Source of the DNA: Pseudodesulfovibrio mercurii
Lineage (GTDB): Bacteria; Desulfobacterota; Desulfovibrionia; Desulfovibrionales; Desulfovibrionaceae
Reading direction: 5' to 3'
Assembly: GCF_000189295.2 (NCBI RefSeq)
Contig: NC_016803.1
Location: forward strand, 2,520,001 to 2,552,000
DNA length: 32,000 nucleotides
In this document: piece by piece, positions 22,004 through 28,550 of the stretch
Position numbering within the stretch: the first letter of the stretch is position 1
How the letters are laid out: each line of letters opens with the position of its first letter
Position numbers and translations under genes: made by a program
The notes under the pieces: generated by a model
Told to the model about the DNA's origin: nothing
Seen by the model: only the letters and a program-made list of their open reading frames with translations
The model's database searches: none

Positions 22004-22055
22004 CAAAAAACCAAGGCCGGGCAGAGCGTTTCCGTGGCTTGCTGCCCGGCCTTGG
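22004..22055 (-). terminator. Rho-independent terminator of the small-protein genes (minus strand)
   Basis: Stem ccaaggccgggcag (22011-22024) / ctgcccggccttgg (22042-22055). On the minus strand it is followed by T6 (A-run 22005-22010 on +). Lies ~70 nt downstream of the stop at 22126. Confidence 0.8.
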
Positions 22056-22125
22056 CCGGAGAGGACCTTATGAGGTCTGGATGTGGCGGGTCCGGACCCG
22101 AGCCGGTCCCGCGAAAAGTGTGTGG

Positions 22126-22302
22126 TTAGACGAGTTGGCTGATGCCGATGCTGAGGATCATGGACACGCCGGTCCAGAAGAGCAGCTTGAGCAGACCGAG
22201 CGGGCCGTTGGCGGCGCGGCACAGGTCGTTGTTCCAGGGTGCGCCCGTGGAATCCTCGGGCTGGAACAGGTAGGCGAGCATATTGATGTTGGACTTCTTC
22301 AT
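22126..22302 (-). CDS. Small (58 aa) protein with C-terminal transmembrane segment, paralogue 1
   Basis: MKKSNINMLAYLFQPEDSTGAPWNNDLCRAANGPLGLLKLLFWTGVSMILSIGISQLV. ATG 22302 is preceded by AAGGAGG with 7-nt spacing; the track shows a longer 85-aa version. Shares YLFxPEDS and K(L/I)L(F/L)WT(G/A)V with the next gene. Confidence 0.65.
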   Translation of the reverse strand: MKKSNINMLAYLFQPEDSTGAPWNNDLCRAANGPLGLLKLLFWTGVSMILSIGISQLV

Positions 22303-22375
22303 TTTTCCGTCCTCCTTGCAAAATTCGTTGAGCGGAAGGCAGCCTCGATCTCCTGGTAGGCGCAGAATGGCGCGG

Positions 22376-22420
22376 CGGTCCAATAATGATGCGTGACGGC
22401 AGGCATAAGGATTTCTGATG
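22376..22420 (-). promoter_or_regulatory. Conserved upstream block 1 (CATCAGAAAT-N26-ATTGGACCG in gene orientation)
   Basis: + strand reads cggtccaataatgatgcgtgacggcaggcataaggatttctgatg. It matches 31 of 45 positions, ungapped, with 22642-22687 by hand alignment. It shares CATCAGAAAT, the 26-nt spacer length and ATTGGA with 25432-25473. Confidence 0.5.
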
Positions 22421-22428
22421 GGACGCGA

Positions 22429-22587
22429 TCAGGTGGGATGCCCCAGGAGCACGCCGAGAAGCACGGCCACAGCGGTCCAGAGCAGGATTTTGCCGATCCG
22501 CGCGGCTGCGGGTGGGGGTTGAAGCGGTTCGGCGTCGGAACTGTCCTCGGGCAGGAAGAGGTAGCTCCAGGCAGAGGAATCCGGCAT
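22429..22587 (-). CDS. Small (52 aa) protein with C-terminal transmembrane segment, paralogue 2
   Basis: MPDSSAWSYLFLPEDSSDAEPLQPPPAAARIGKILLWTAVAVLLGVLLGHPT, verified codon by codon. ATG 22587 is preceded by AGGAG. The 162-aa track ORF would run antisense through the LysR gene and is rejected. Confidence 0.6.
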   Translation of the reverse strand: MPDSSAWSYLFLPEDSSDAEPLQPPPAAARIGKILLWTAVAVLLGVLLGHPT

Positions 22588-22641
22588 GATTTTTCTCCTT
22601 TTCGGGTTGTAAGGGGTATTTTTGCCTGTGCGGACGGGGTT

Positions 22642-22687
22642 CGGTCCAATTACAAAGGGTGAAACCGGGCATAAGGAATAGCGATTG
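22642..22687 (-). promoter_or_regulatory. Conserved upstream block 2, in the divergent small-gene / LysR-1 intergenic region
   Basis: + strand reads cggtccaattacaaagggtgaaaccgggcataaggaatagcgattg. Lies 55-100 nt upstream of the small gene and 33-78 nt upstream of the LysR-1 ATG. That is the classic position for a LysR operator in a divergent promoter. Confidence 0.45.
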
Positions 22688-22719
22688 CCCAGTCCGTCGC
22701 GGGCGGGTATGAAGGCGGC

Positions 22720-23601
22720 ATGGAACTGTACCAGTTGAGGACGTTCGTGGCCGTGGCCGAGGAGGGCAATTTCACCAGGGCGGGCAGGCGCGTGCACGCG
22801 ACCCAGCCCGCGGTCTCCGCGCACATCAAGGCGCTGGAGGAGGAGCTGGGGGTGCGGCTGTTCGACCGGGTACCGCGCGGCGTGGAGCTGACCCAGGCCG
22901 GGGCCGAGCTGGTGCACGACGCCATTGAGGTGCTGGCCGCCGCACAGACGTTGCAGGCGCGGGCCGTGACCCTGGGCGGCGAGGTGGCGGGCCAGGTGGC
23001 GCTCGGGCTGTGCACGGACCCCGGTTTTCTCAAGGCCACCAGCCTGATCGACCTGATGAGCGAGCGGTTTCCCAAGCTCAACCTGAAGCTGATCCAGTCG
23101 CCGTCCGGGGTGATCCTGAACGGCATCCGGGCGCGCACCCTGGACGCGGGGTTCGTGTTTTCAGGCAACCCGTACCGGGACCTGGAGGCGGTCAAGCTGG
23201 CCGAGCCGGAGTATTCGATCCTGGGCGCGGCGAGCGTGGGGGACGAGCTGGCCGTGGCCGATGCCGAGGCCCTGTCGAGGTTCACCTGGGTCATGCCCGC
23301 GAGTCACAGCCCGTTCCGGGAGTTGCAGTTGGACATCTTCAACAAGTTCGGGATCGTCCCGGCGCGGACCATCGGCGCGGATTCGGAGGAGGTCATCCGG
23401 GCGCTGGTGGTGGAGGGCAAGGCGCTGGCCCTGGTGCGCGAGGACGAGGTGGCGGTCATGGTCGGCAGTGGGCTGGCGGCCGAGTGCGCGCTGGTGGGCC
23501 GTCATCCGGTGGAAGTGAATTTCGTGTACCGCAAGGACGAGGACGACCTGCCGTCCCTGGCCGCGATTCTCGAACTGGTGCGGCGCACCTGGGAGGTGTG
23601 A
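22720..23601 (+). CDS. LysR-family transcriptional regulator, paralogue 1
   Basis: 293 aa. w[53 protein letters not shown] plus a periplasmic-binding-protein-like effector domain. Confidence 0.9.
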   Translation: MELYQLRTFVAVAEEGNFTRAGRRVHATQPAVSAHIKALEEELGVRLFDRVPRGVELTQAGAELVHDAIEVLAAAQTLQARAVTLGGEVAGQVALGLCTDPGFLKATSLIDLMSERFPKLNLKLIQSPSGVILNGIRARTLDAGFVFSGNPYRDLEAVKLAEPEYSILGAASVGDELAVADAEALSRFTWVMPASHSPFRELQLDIFNKFGIVPARTIGADSEEVIRALVVEGKALALVREDEVAVMVGSGLAAECALVGRHPVEVNFVYRKDEDDLPSLAAILELVRRTWEV

Positions 23602-24491
23602 TGGAACTGTATCAGCTGAAGACCTTCGTGGCCGTGGCCGAGGAGGGCAACCTGACCAAGGCGGCCGAGCGCATCTACGCCAGCCAGCCCGCGGTGAGCG
23701 GGCACATCAAGGCGCTGGAGGAGGAGCTGGGGCTGCCGCTGTTCGTGCGCACCCCGCGCGGCATGCGCTTGACCGAGGCGGGCAAGGGACTGAAGCTCAA
23801 GGCGGACTCGGTGCTCCTGGCCGCCGAGGACATGGCCAACCTGGCCGCCGGATACCTGGAGGAGCTGACCGGGTCCCTGACCATCGCCCTGAACACGGAC
23901 ACGAGCTTTCTGCGCGTGGCCGAGCTGTCGGCGGCCATGGCCGACGCCCACCCCAAGCTGCGGCTCAAGTTCCAGCAGGGCAATTCCGGGTCCATATTGA
24001 AGGACGTGCGCGACCGGCGGCTGGACGCGGGCTTTTCCTTTTTCGACAACCGCTACGCCGAGGTGGCGCACATCCCGCTCAAGGAGATTCCGGTGCGGGT
24101 GGTGGCCCCGGCGGCCTGGTCGGCCCGGGTGGAGGGCATGCCCCTGGACGGGCTGGCGACCCTGCCCTGGGTTCGCCCGGACCGGGAGTGCCCGTTCATG
24201 ATGGTCCTGGACGGGGTGTTCGAGGGCTCGGGCATCCGCATCACCGACTACATCGAGGCGGACTCCGAGGATGTCATCCGTGAGCTGGTGGCGGCCGGAA
24301 AGGGCGTGTCCCTGCTCAAGCAGAGCGACGCGGACGCCATGGTCCGGGACGGCACGGCGGTGATCTGCGACGTGGGTCCGGTCCTGTCCCTGAACATCAA
24401 TTTCGTCTACCCCAAGAGCCGGTCCGGCGACCCGACCATCCGCGCCCTGACCGAGGTGGTCCGGGGGCTGTGGCCCGGCGAGACCTGCTGA
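23601..24491 (+). CDS. LysR-family transcriptional regulator, paralogue 2
   Basis: 296 aa from ATG 23601 (TGATG overlap with paralogue 1). [50 protein letters not shown]. The track ORF starts at 23010 within the previous gene. Confidence 0.9.
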   Translation: MELYQLKTFVAVAEEGNLTKAAERIYASQPAVSGHIKALEEELGLPLFVRTPRGMRLTEAGKGLKLKADSVLLAAEDMANLAAGYLEELTGSLTIALNTDTSFLRVAELSAAMADAHPKLRLKFQQGNSGSILKDVRDRRLDAGFSFFDNRYAEVAHIPLKEIPVRVVAPAAWSARVEGMPLDGLATLPWVRPDRECPFMMVLDGVFEGSGIRITDYIEADSEDVIRELVAAGKGVSLLKQSDADAMVRDGTAVICDVGPVLSLNINFVYPKSRSGDPTIRALTEVVRGLWPGETC

Positions 24492-24492
24492 C

Positions 24493-25374
24493 CTAGCTCA
24501 CTTCCCAACACCGTTTGACGTGGTCGATGACCGCGCGCATGACCGGGTCCTCGTCGTGCCGCTTGAGGTAGACGAAGTTGGCCTGGATGGACAGCTCGTC
24601 GAAGGACAGGGCGTGCACGGGGCGGCCGATGCGGTTGGCCGCCTCGACCTCGTTGCGCCGCAGAAAGGAGATGCCCTTGCCAGCGGCCACCAGCACGCGG
24701 ATGACCTCGTCGCCGTCCACCTCGAGCTGGACCGAGGGCTTGATCCCGTGGGACTTGAAGAACGGGTCGATGAGCTGCTGGAGCGGGTTGTCGGACGGGT
24801 CCATGATCCACGGCAGGTCGGACAGCCCGGCCGTCCCCTGGGCCATGCGATCCTTCCAGATGTCCGGCACGGCCACGAAGAAGCGGGTCTTTTCCAGCGG
24901 AATGGCGCAGATCTCCGGGTAGCGCGGCTCGCCGAAGATGAACCCGCAGTCGAGCTGCCCGTCGCGGACGGCCCCCTGGACCGAGGTGGAGGCGCGCTGC
25001 TGGATCTGGAGCACGATGCGCGGATGGTCCTCGCCCAGGGAGGTCAGCAGGGGCACGATGCGCAGGTATTCCGCGTCCGTGTTCAGGCCGAGCGACAGGT
25101 CGCCGACCAGCTCGTCCCCCATGCTCCGCGCCTCCAGCTTCAGCTCGCGGGCCGACTTGAGCACGGCTTCGGCCTTGAGCTTGATGCGCTCCCCGGCCTC
25201 GGTCAACCGCATGCCCTTGGGCGTGCGGATGAACAGCTTGGTCTCCAGCTCGTCCTCCAGCGCCTTGATGTGCGCGCTGACCGAGGGCTGGCTGGTGTGC
25301 AGCCGCACCGAAGCGCGGGTCAGGTGGCCTTCCTCGGCCACCACCACGAACGTCTTGAGTTGGTACAGTTCCAT
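24493..25374 (-). CDS. LysR-family transcriptional regulator, paralogue 3
   Basis: 293 aa. [50 protein letters not shown]. Convergent with paralogue 2, with the two stop codons separated by 1 nt. Confidence 0.9.
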   Translation of the reverse strand: MELYQLKTFVVVAEEGHLTRASVRLHTSQPSVSAHIKALEDELETKLFIRTPKGMRLTEAGERIKLKAEAVLKSARELKLEARSMGDELVGDLSLGLNTDAEYLRIVPLLTSLGEDHPRIVLQIQQRASTSVQGAVRDGQLDCGFIFGEPRYPEICAIPLEKTRFFVAVPDIWKDRMAQGTAGLSDLPWIMDPSDNPLQQLIDPFFKSHGIKPSVQLEVDGDEVIRVLVAAGKGISFLRRNEVEAANRIGRPVHALSFDELSIQANFVYLKRHDEDPVMRAVIDHVKRCWEVS

Positions 25375-25431
25375 ACCCGATCAGCCTCCTTGATGTCCGT
25401 CATAATCATATCCGATTGAGATCGAAATTGT

Positions 25432-25473
25432 CATCAGAAATTCCGAACAAGTACATCAAACAAAACAATTGGA
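25432..25473 (+). promoter_or_regulatory. Conserved upstream block 3 (CATCAGAAAT-N26-ATTGGA) in the AT-rich LysR-3 / small-ORF divergent region
   Basis: catcagaaat (25432-25441), exactly 26 nt, then attgga (25468-25473). Block 1 has the same 10-mer, spacing and hexamer. Lies 58-99 nt from the LysR-3 start and 75-116 nt from the small ORF start. Confidence 0.45.
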
Positions 25474-25547
25474 TTGATTTCGACATGATCCGTAGATGTG
25501 CAGATATGGAAATCCGCCCGGATGGCGGAGAAGGATAGGAGGAAATC

Positions 25548-25715
25548 ATGAGCATGGAAAACGACACCAGACTGGCCATGATGCACATGCGCAACGATGC
25601 GCACCGCAACGACGATACGCGTCCCCGCAGGAACAGCCGCACCCACAGCCGCGTGCGCCCGGCCGCTTCGGCCCTGGCCGCCTTTACGCTGCTGCTGTTC
25701 ACCAGGGGTTTCTAG
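25548..25715 (+). CDS. Small (55 aa) basic protein with short C-terminal hydrophobic tail (not in the ORF track, below its length cutoff)
   Basis: Hand translation MSMENDTRLAMMHMRNDAHRNDDTRPRRNSRTHSRVRPAASALAAFTLLLFTRGF*. GGAGG lies 7 nt upstream of the ATG. 46 of 55 codons end in G/C. Followed by hairpins and a terminator. Divergent from LysR-3. Confidence 0.5.
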   Translation: MSMENDTRLAMMHMRNDAHRNDDTRPRRNSRTHSRVRPAASALAAFTLLLFTRGF

Positions 25716-25761
25716 AAGAATTTACCGGGAGCGACGCTCCCGCTTGCACAGCGGGTTGGAG

Positions 25762-25818
25762 GCGCTTTTGTCCGGGGGATTTGTCATCCTTTCCCCTCCG
25801 GACAAGAGCGCTTCTTTT
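25762..25818 (+). terminator. Probable rho-independent terminator after the 55-aa ORF
   Basis: Arms gcgcttttgtccggggga (25762-25779) and tcccctccggacaagagcgc (25792-25811), with one mismatch and a small bulge, followed by ttctttt. Confidence 0.55.
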
Positions 25819-26039
25819 ATGTCAGGGGGTGGTTTCCGGGGGGCGGCTTGGGATAGCGGGTCATCCGCACATTTTTCCCGGCCGGCCCAATCCTCACGTG
25901 GTAAGCCACGCTGCGGTCGGCCCGGCCGGGAGAAAATGCACGGCTGACCCACTCTCCCAAGCCTATTCCGAGGGCGGAGAGCCGCTGTCGGGTGCCGCGC
26001 ACCCGAATCGCTCCAGAAAAATGAAGAAAAAAGGCCTTT

Positions 26040-26055
26040 GACTCAATATTGAGTC
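26040..26055. terminator. Perfect 16-bp palindrome gactcaatattgagtc with T-rich flanks on both strands (bidirectional terminator or operator)
   Basis: Flanked by aaaaaaggccttt on the left and ggaggtctttt on the right. On the minus strand it lies ~85 nt downstream of the ftsX stop. Confidence 0.45.
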
Positions 26056-26080
26056 GGAGGTCTTTTCATTGTGAATCGCC

Positions 26081-26135
26081 CCGTGAAGCGGCGCCAAAAA
26101 GATTAGGAAGGGAGAGGGGATGGGGGTCCGGGGGC
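26081..26135 (-). repeat. Truncated copy E of the intergenic repeat family, abutting the ftsX stop codon
   Basis: ccgtgaagcggcgccaaaaagattaggaagggagaggggatgggggtccggggg matches the reverse complement of copy A (cgcgaagcggcgccaaaaagtttgggaaaaggaggggatgggggtccggggg). It ends where the family palindrome would begin. Confidence 0.7.
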
Positions 26136-26140
26136 TCCGC

Positions 26141-27016
26141 CTATTTCACGGCCACCCAGCTGGAGAGGGTGGAGACGAGGGTGACGGCTCCGGCCAGGAT
26201 GAGCAGCTGGGTTGCCGGCAGGAATTGCAGGTGGATGAGGAACGGCGGGAAGTTCAGGGCGTCGGCCACGGCCGAGTGGGTGGCGGCGAGCAGGCCGATG
26301 CCCAGTCCCGCGCCGAGGATTCCCTGGGCCAGGCCGCCGATGAGCAGGGGCCAGCGGATATAGGCCGGGCTCGCGCCCACCAGGGAGAGGATTTCGACCT
26401 CGTCCATGCGCGTGAGCAGGGAGAGCTTGATGGTGTTGTGGACCACCAGGGAGACGATCAGGCCCAGGAAGCCGAGGACCGGCCAGACCACCAGCTTGGT
26501 CAGGGTTTGCCAGCCCTGGGCCAGGTCGGCCTGGAACGGGGTGTAGTTGACCTTGTCCACGCCGGGCAGGGACTTGAGCCGGGTGAGCAGGTCGGCGGCC
26601 CAGCCCGCCCGCTGCGCCTCGGGCGGCACGGCAAAGGCGGCCAGGCCGGAGTAGGGCAGGGGGTTGTTGTCGGTCAGCCAGGAAAAGTCGCCGGTCTCGC
26701 CCAGGGCCCCGGCCAGCTCGGACAGGGCGGTCCTGGGGGTGAAGGTCTTGAATCCGGTCAGGTGGTCCATGGCCCGAACGGCCTGCCAGTCCTTTTCCAC
26801 CTGGGCCGGGAGAGCGTTGATTTTCCAGTAGACCTGGAATTCCACCTTGCCCCGGGAGCGGAGCAGCTCCCGGTCCACGTTGTGCATGCCGAGCAGGATC
26901 AGTCCGGTGAGCAGGGTGACCATGGCCACGGCCAGCAGGGTCAGCAGCTGGGCGAAGGGGTGCAGGCGCAGGTCGGCCACGCCGCGCAGGGTCAGGCGGA
27001 GGAACGGCCCGATCAC
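26141..27016 (-). CDS. ftsX: Cell-division ABC transporter permease FtsX
   Basis: 291 aa from GTG 27016 (GTGA overlap with the ftsE stop). Four hydrophobic segments with a large loop after TM1; LSLVGASPAYIRWPLLIGG. The 410-aa track ORF extends into ftsE and is rejected. Confidence 0.85.
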   Translation of the reverse strand: MIGPFLRLTLRGVADLRLHPFAQLLTLLAVAMVTLLTGLILLGMHNVDRELLRSRGKVEFQVYWKINALPAQVEKDWQAVRAMDHLTGFKTFTPRTALSELAGALGETGDFSWLTDNNPLPYSGLAAFAVPPEAQRAGWAADLLTRLKSLPGVDKVNYTPFQADLAQGWQTLTKLVVWPVLGFLGLIVSLVVHNTIKLSLLTRMDEVEILSLVGASPAYIRWPLLIGGLAQGILGAGLGIGLLAATHSAVADALNFPPFLIHLQFLPATQLLILAGAVTLVSTLSSWVAVK

Positions 27017-27774
27017 AGGCCCACCTCGTCCAGTCCGGTCTCGTCGTCGGCAAAGGGATCGTCGAACGGGTCGTCCCGGGATTCGTCCGGCTCGTCGTCG
27101 GGTTCGCCCATGTCGCCCGGTTCCTCGATGCGTCCGTCCTGGAGGTGCAGGATGCGCGCGCTCGGCACGCACTCCAGGACCTCGGTGGAGTGGGTGGCCA
27201 TGATGACCGAGGTGCCGTAGGTGTGGAACTGCTTGAAGATCTCCATGAGGTGCAGGGTCAGGTCCACGTCCAGGTTGCCGGTGGGTTCGTCGGCCAGGAT
27301 CAACTCGGGGTTGGCGACCATGGACCGGGCGATGGCCACGCGCTGCTGCTCGCCGCCGGAGAGGCGTTCGCACAGGGAATAGCTGCGGGTCTCCAGGCCC
27401 AGGGCCCGGATGATGGCGCGCACGCGGCGCTCCAGGTGGGTGCGGGGCAAGCCGCGCACCTCCAGGGCCATGGCCACGTTGTCGAAAACCGTGCGCTCGG
27501 GCAGGATCTTGAAGTCCTGAAAGACCACGCCGACCTTGCGGCGGAGCCTGGGGATATCGCGCTTTTTCAGGGTGTTGAGCTGGAACCCGGCGACCGAGGC
27601 GCGGCCCCGGGTGACGGGCAGCGCGCCGTACAGCAGGCGCAGGAGCGTGGTCTTGCCCGCGCCCGAGTGGCCCGTCAGAAAGAGGAACTCGCCCTTTTCC
27701 AGGGTGAAGGAGATGTCCTTGAGGGCCCAGTAGGAGCCGAAGTTGTAGGACAGTCGTTCCACATTGACCATCAT
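27013..27774 (-). CDS. ftsE: Cell-division ATP-binding protein FtsE, with an acidic C-terminal extension
   Basis: 253 aa. Walker [18 protein letters not shown], signature [14 protein letters not shown], Walker [13 protein letters not shown]. The last ~37 aa are [37 protein letters not shown]. Confidence 0.92.
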   Translation of the reverse strand: MMVNVERLSYNFGSYWALKDISFTLEKGEFLFLTGHSGAGKTTLLRLLYGALPVTRGRASVAGFQLNTLKKRDIPRLRRKVGVVFQDFKILPERTVFDNVAMALEVRGLPRTHLERRVRAIIRALGLETRSYSLCERLSGGEQQRVAIARSMVANPELILADEPTGNLDVDLTLHLMEIFKQFHTYGTSVIMATHSTEVLECVPSARILHLQDGRIEEPGDMGEPDDEPDESRDDPFDDPFADDETGLDEVGL

Positions 27775-27820
27775 GTCGCCTTATGTACCCGGCTCGCCTC
27801 CGTTTGTACAGGACCGCAAC

Positions 27821-27858
27821 GAAAACGCCGCCCCGTTCCAGGCGGGAACGGGGCGGCG
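27821..27858 (-). terminator. Rho-independent terminator of rbr (minus strand)
   Basis: Stem cgccgccccgttcc (27826-27839) / ggaacggggcggcg (27845-27858). On the minus strand it is followed by ttttcgtt. Confidence 0.8.
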
Positions 27859-27883
27859 CAGACGGGCTGTGTCGGTGAAGGAA

Positions 27884-28381
27884 CTAGGCTTCGACCTTCC
27901 GGTAGGCCTTCACGGCCGCGCCGCAGATGGGGCACTTGTCCGTGGGTTCGCCGTTCATGGTGTGGCCGCACACGGAACAGATGTAGAACTCGGCGTCGGC
28001 GAACTTGTCCGGGTCTTCCAGGGCCTCGGCGTACAGCTCGGCGTGGACCTTCTCCGCCTCGTTGGCGAAGCCGAAATAGCGCAGGATGGCGTTCTCGCCC
28101 TCGGCCTTGGCGTCCTCCATCATCTCGGGATACATGGACTTGAACTCGTAGGTCTCGCCCGCGATGGCGTCCTTCAGGTTCTCCTCGGTGGTGCCGACGC
28201 CCTTCATCAGGCGCAGGTGCGCATGGGCATGGATGGTCTCGGCGGCCGCGGCGGCGCGGAACAGCTTGGCCACGCCCGGCTTGCCCTCGGCGTCGGCCTT
28301 CTCGGCATAGGCCAGATATTTGCGGTTGGCCTGGGATTCCCCGGCGAAAGCGGCCTTCAGGTTCTCCATGGTCTTGGTCAT
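27884..28381 (-). CDS. rbr: Rubrerythrin
   Basis: 165 aa from ATG 28381 (AGGAG SD). Diiron four-helix motifs AGESQANRKY, AAAAETIHAHAH, AGETYEF, EAEKVHAELY. C-terminal rubredoxin-like CSVCGH...CPICGA. Confidence 0.93.
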   Translation of the reverse strand: MTKTMENLKAAFAGESQANRKYLAYAEKADAEGKPGVAKLFRAAAAAETIHAHAHLRLMKGVGTTEENLKDAIAGETYEFKSMYPEMMEDAKAEGENAILRYFGFANEAEKVHAELYAEALEDPDKFADAEFYICSVCGHTMNGEPTDKCPICGAAVKAYRKVEA

Positions 28382-28443
28382 CGAATTTCTCCTGTATGGT
28401 TTCGGTTGTCGGCTCGCGGGCCGATTGAGTGCGTGGATGAAGT

Positions 28444-28456
28444 AGTAATGATTCCT
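28444..28456. promoter_or_regulatory. Candidate Fur-family (PerR-like) operator upstream of rbr
   Basis: agtaatgattcct is an imperfect 6-1-6 palindrome (10 of 13 positions self-complementary) of the AAT-n-ATT Fur-box type. Lies 63-75 nt upstream of the rbr ATG. Confidence 0.3.
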
Positions 28457-28550
28457 GGCTAGAAACGCAAGCAAAAATTACCAGGCGCGGCAAGAGGCTG
28501 CGCAGGGGACCGCCACAGTAATAGCGATTGCGCCCGAAAAGGCAAGCGGG

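Noticed and set aside
26141-27373. 410-aa version of the ftsX ORF, and the 586-aa version of yifB (30095-31855)
   Set aside because: The N-terminal extensions are Arg/Pro/Gly-rich. In the ftsX case the extension overlaps ftsE in another frame. Family-typical N-termini begin at GTG 27016 ([12 protein letters not shown]) and GTG 31630 (VIATISCAALMGIDAF).
27775-27820. Sigma-70-like promoter for ftsEX (tgtaca-N17-tacata on the minus strand)
   Set aside because: Only 3-4 of 6 matches in each hexamer, in a 45-nt gap. Read-through from rbr past its terminator cannot be excluded, so the evidence is too weak to annotate.
28520-28531. Exact 12-mer AATAGCGATTGC shared between the rbr upstream region and conserved block 2 (22677-22688)
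   Set aside because: I found it after scanning the whole window, so a single 12-mer coincidence is not clearly significant. The flanks do not align, and its position relative to the two start codons differs (about 140 vs 90 nt). Worth a genome-wide count, but not claimed as a site.
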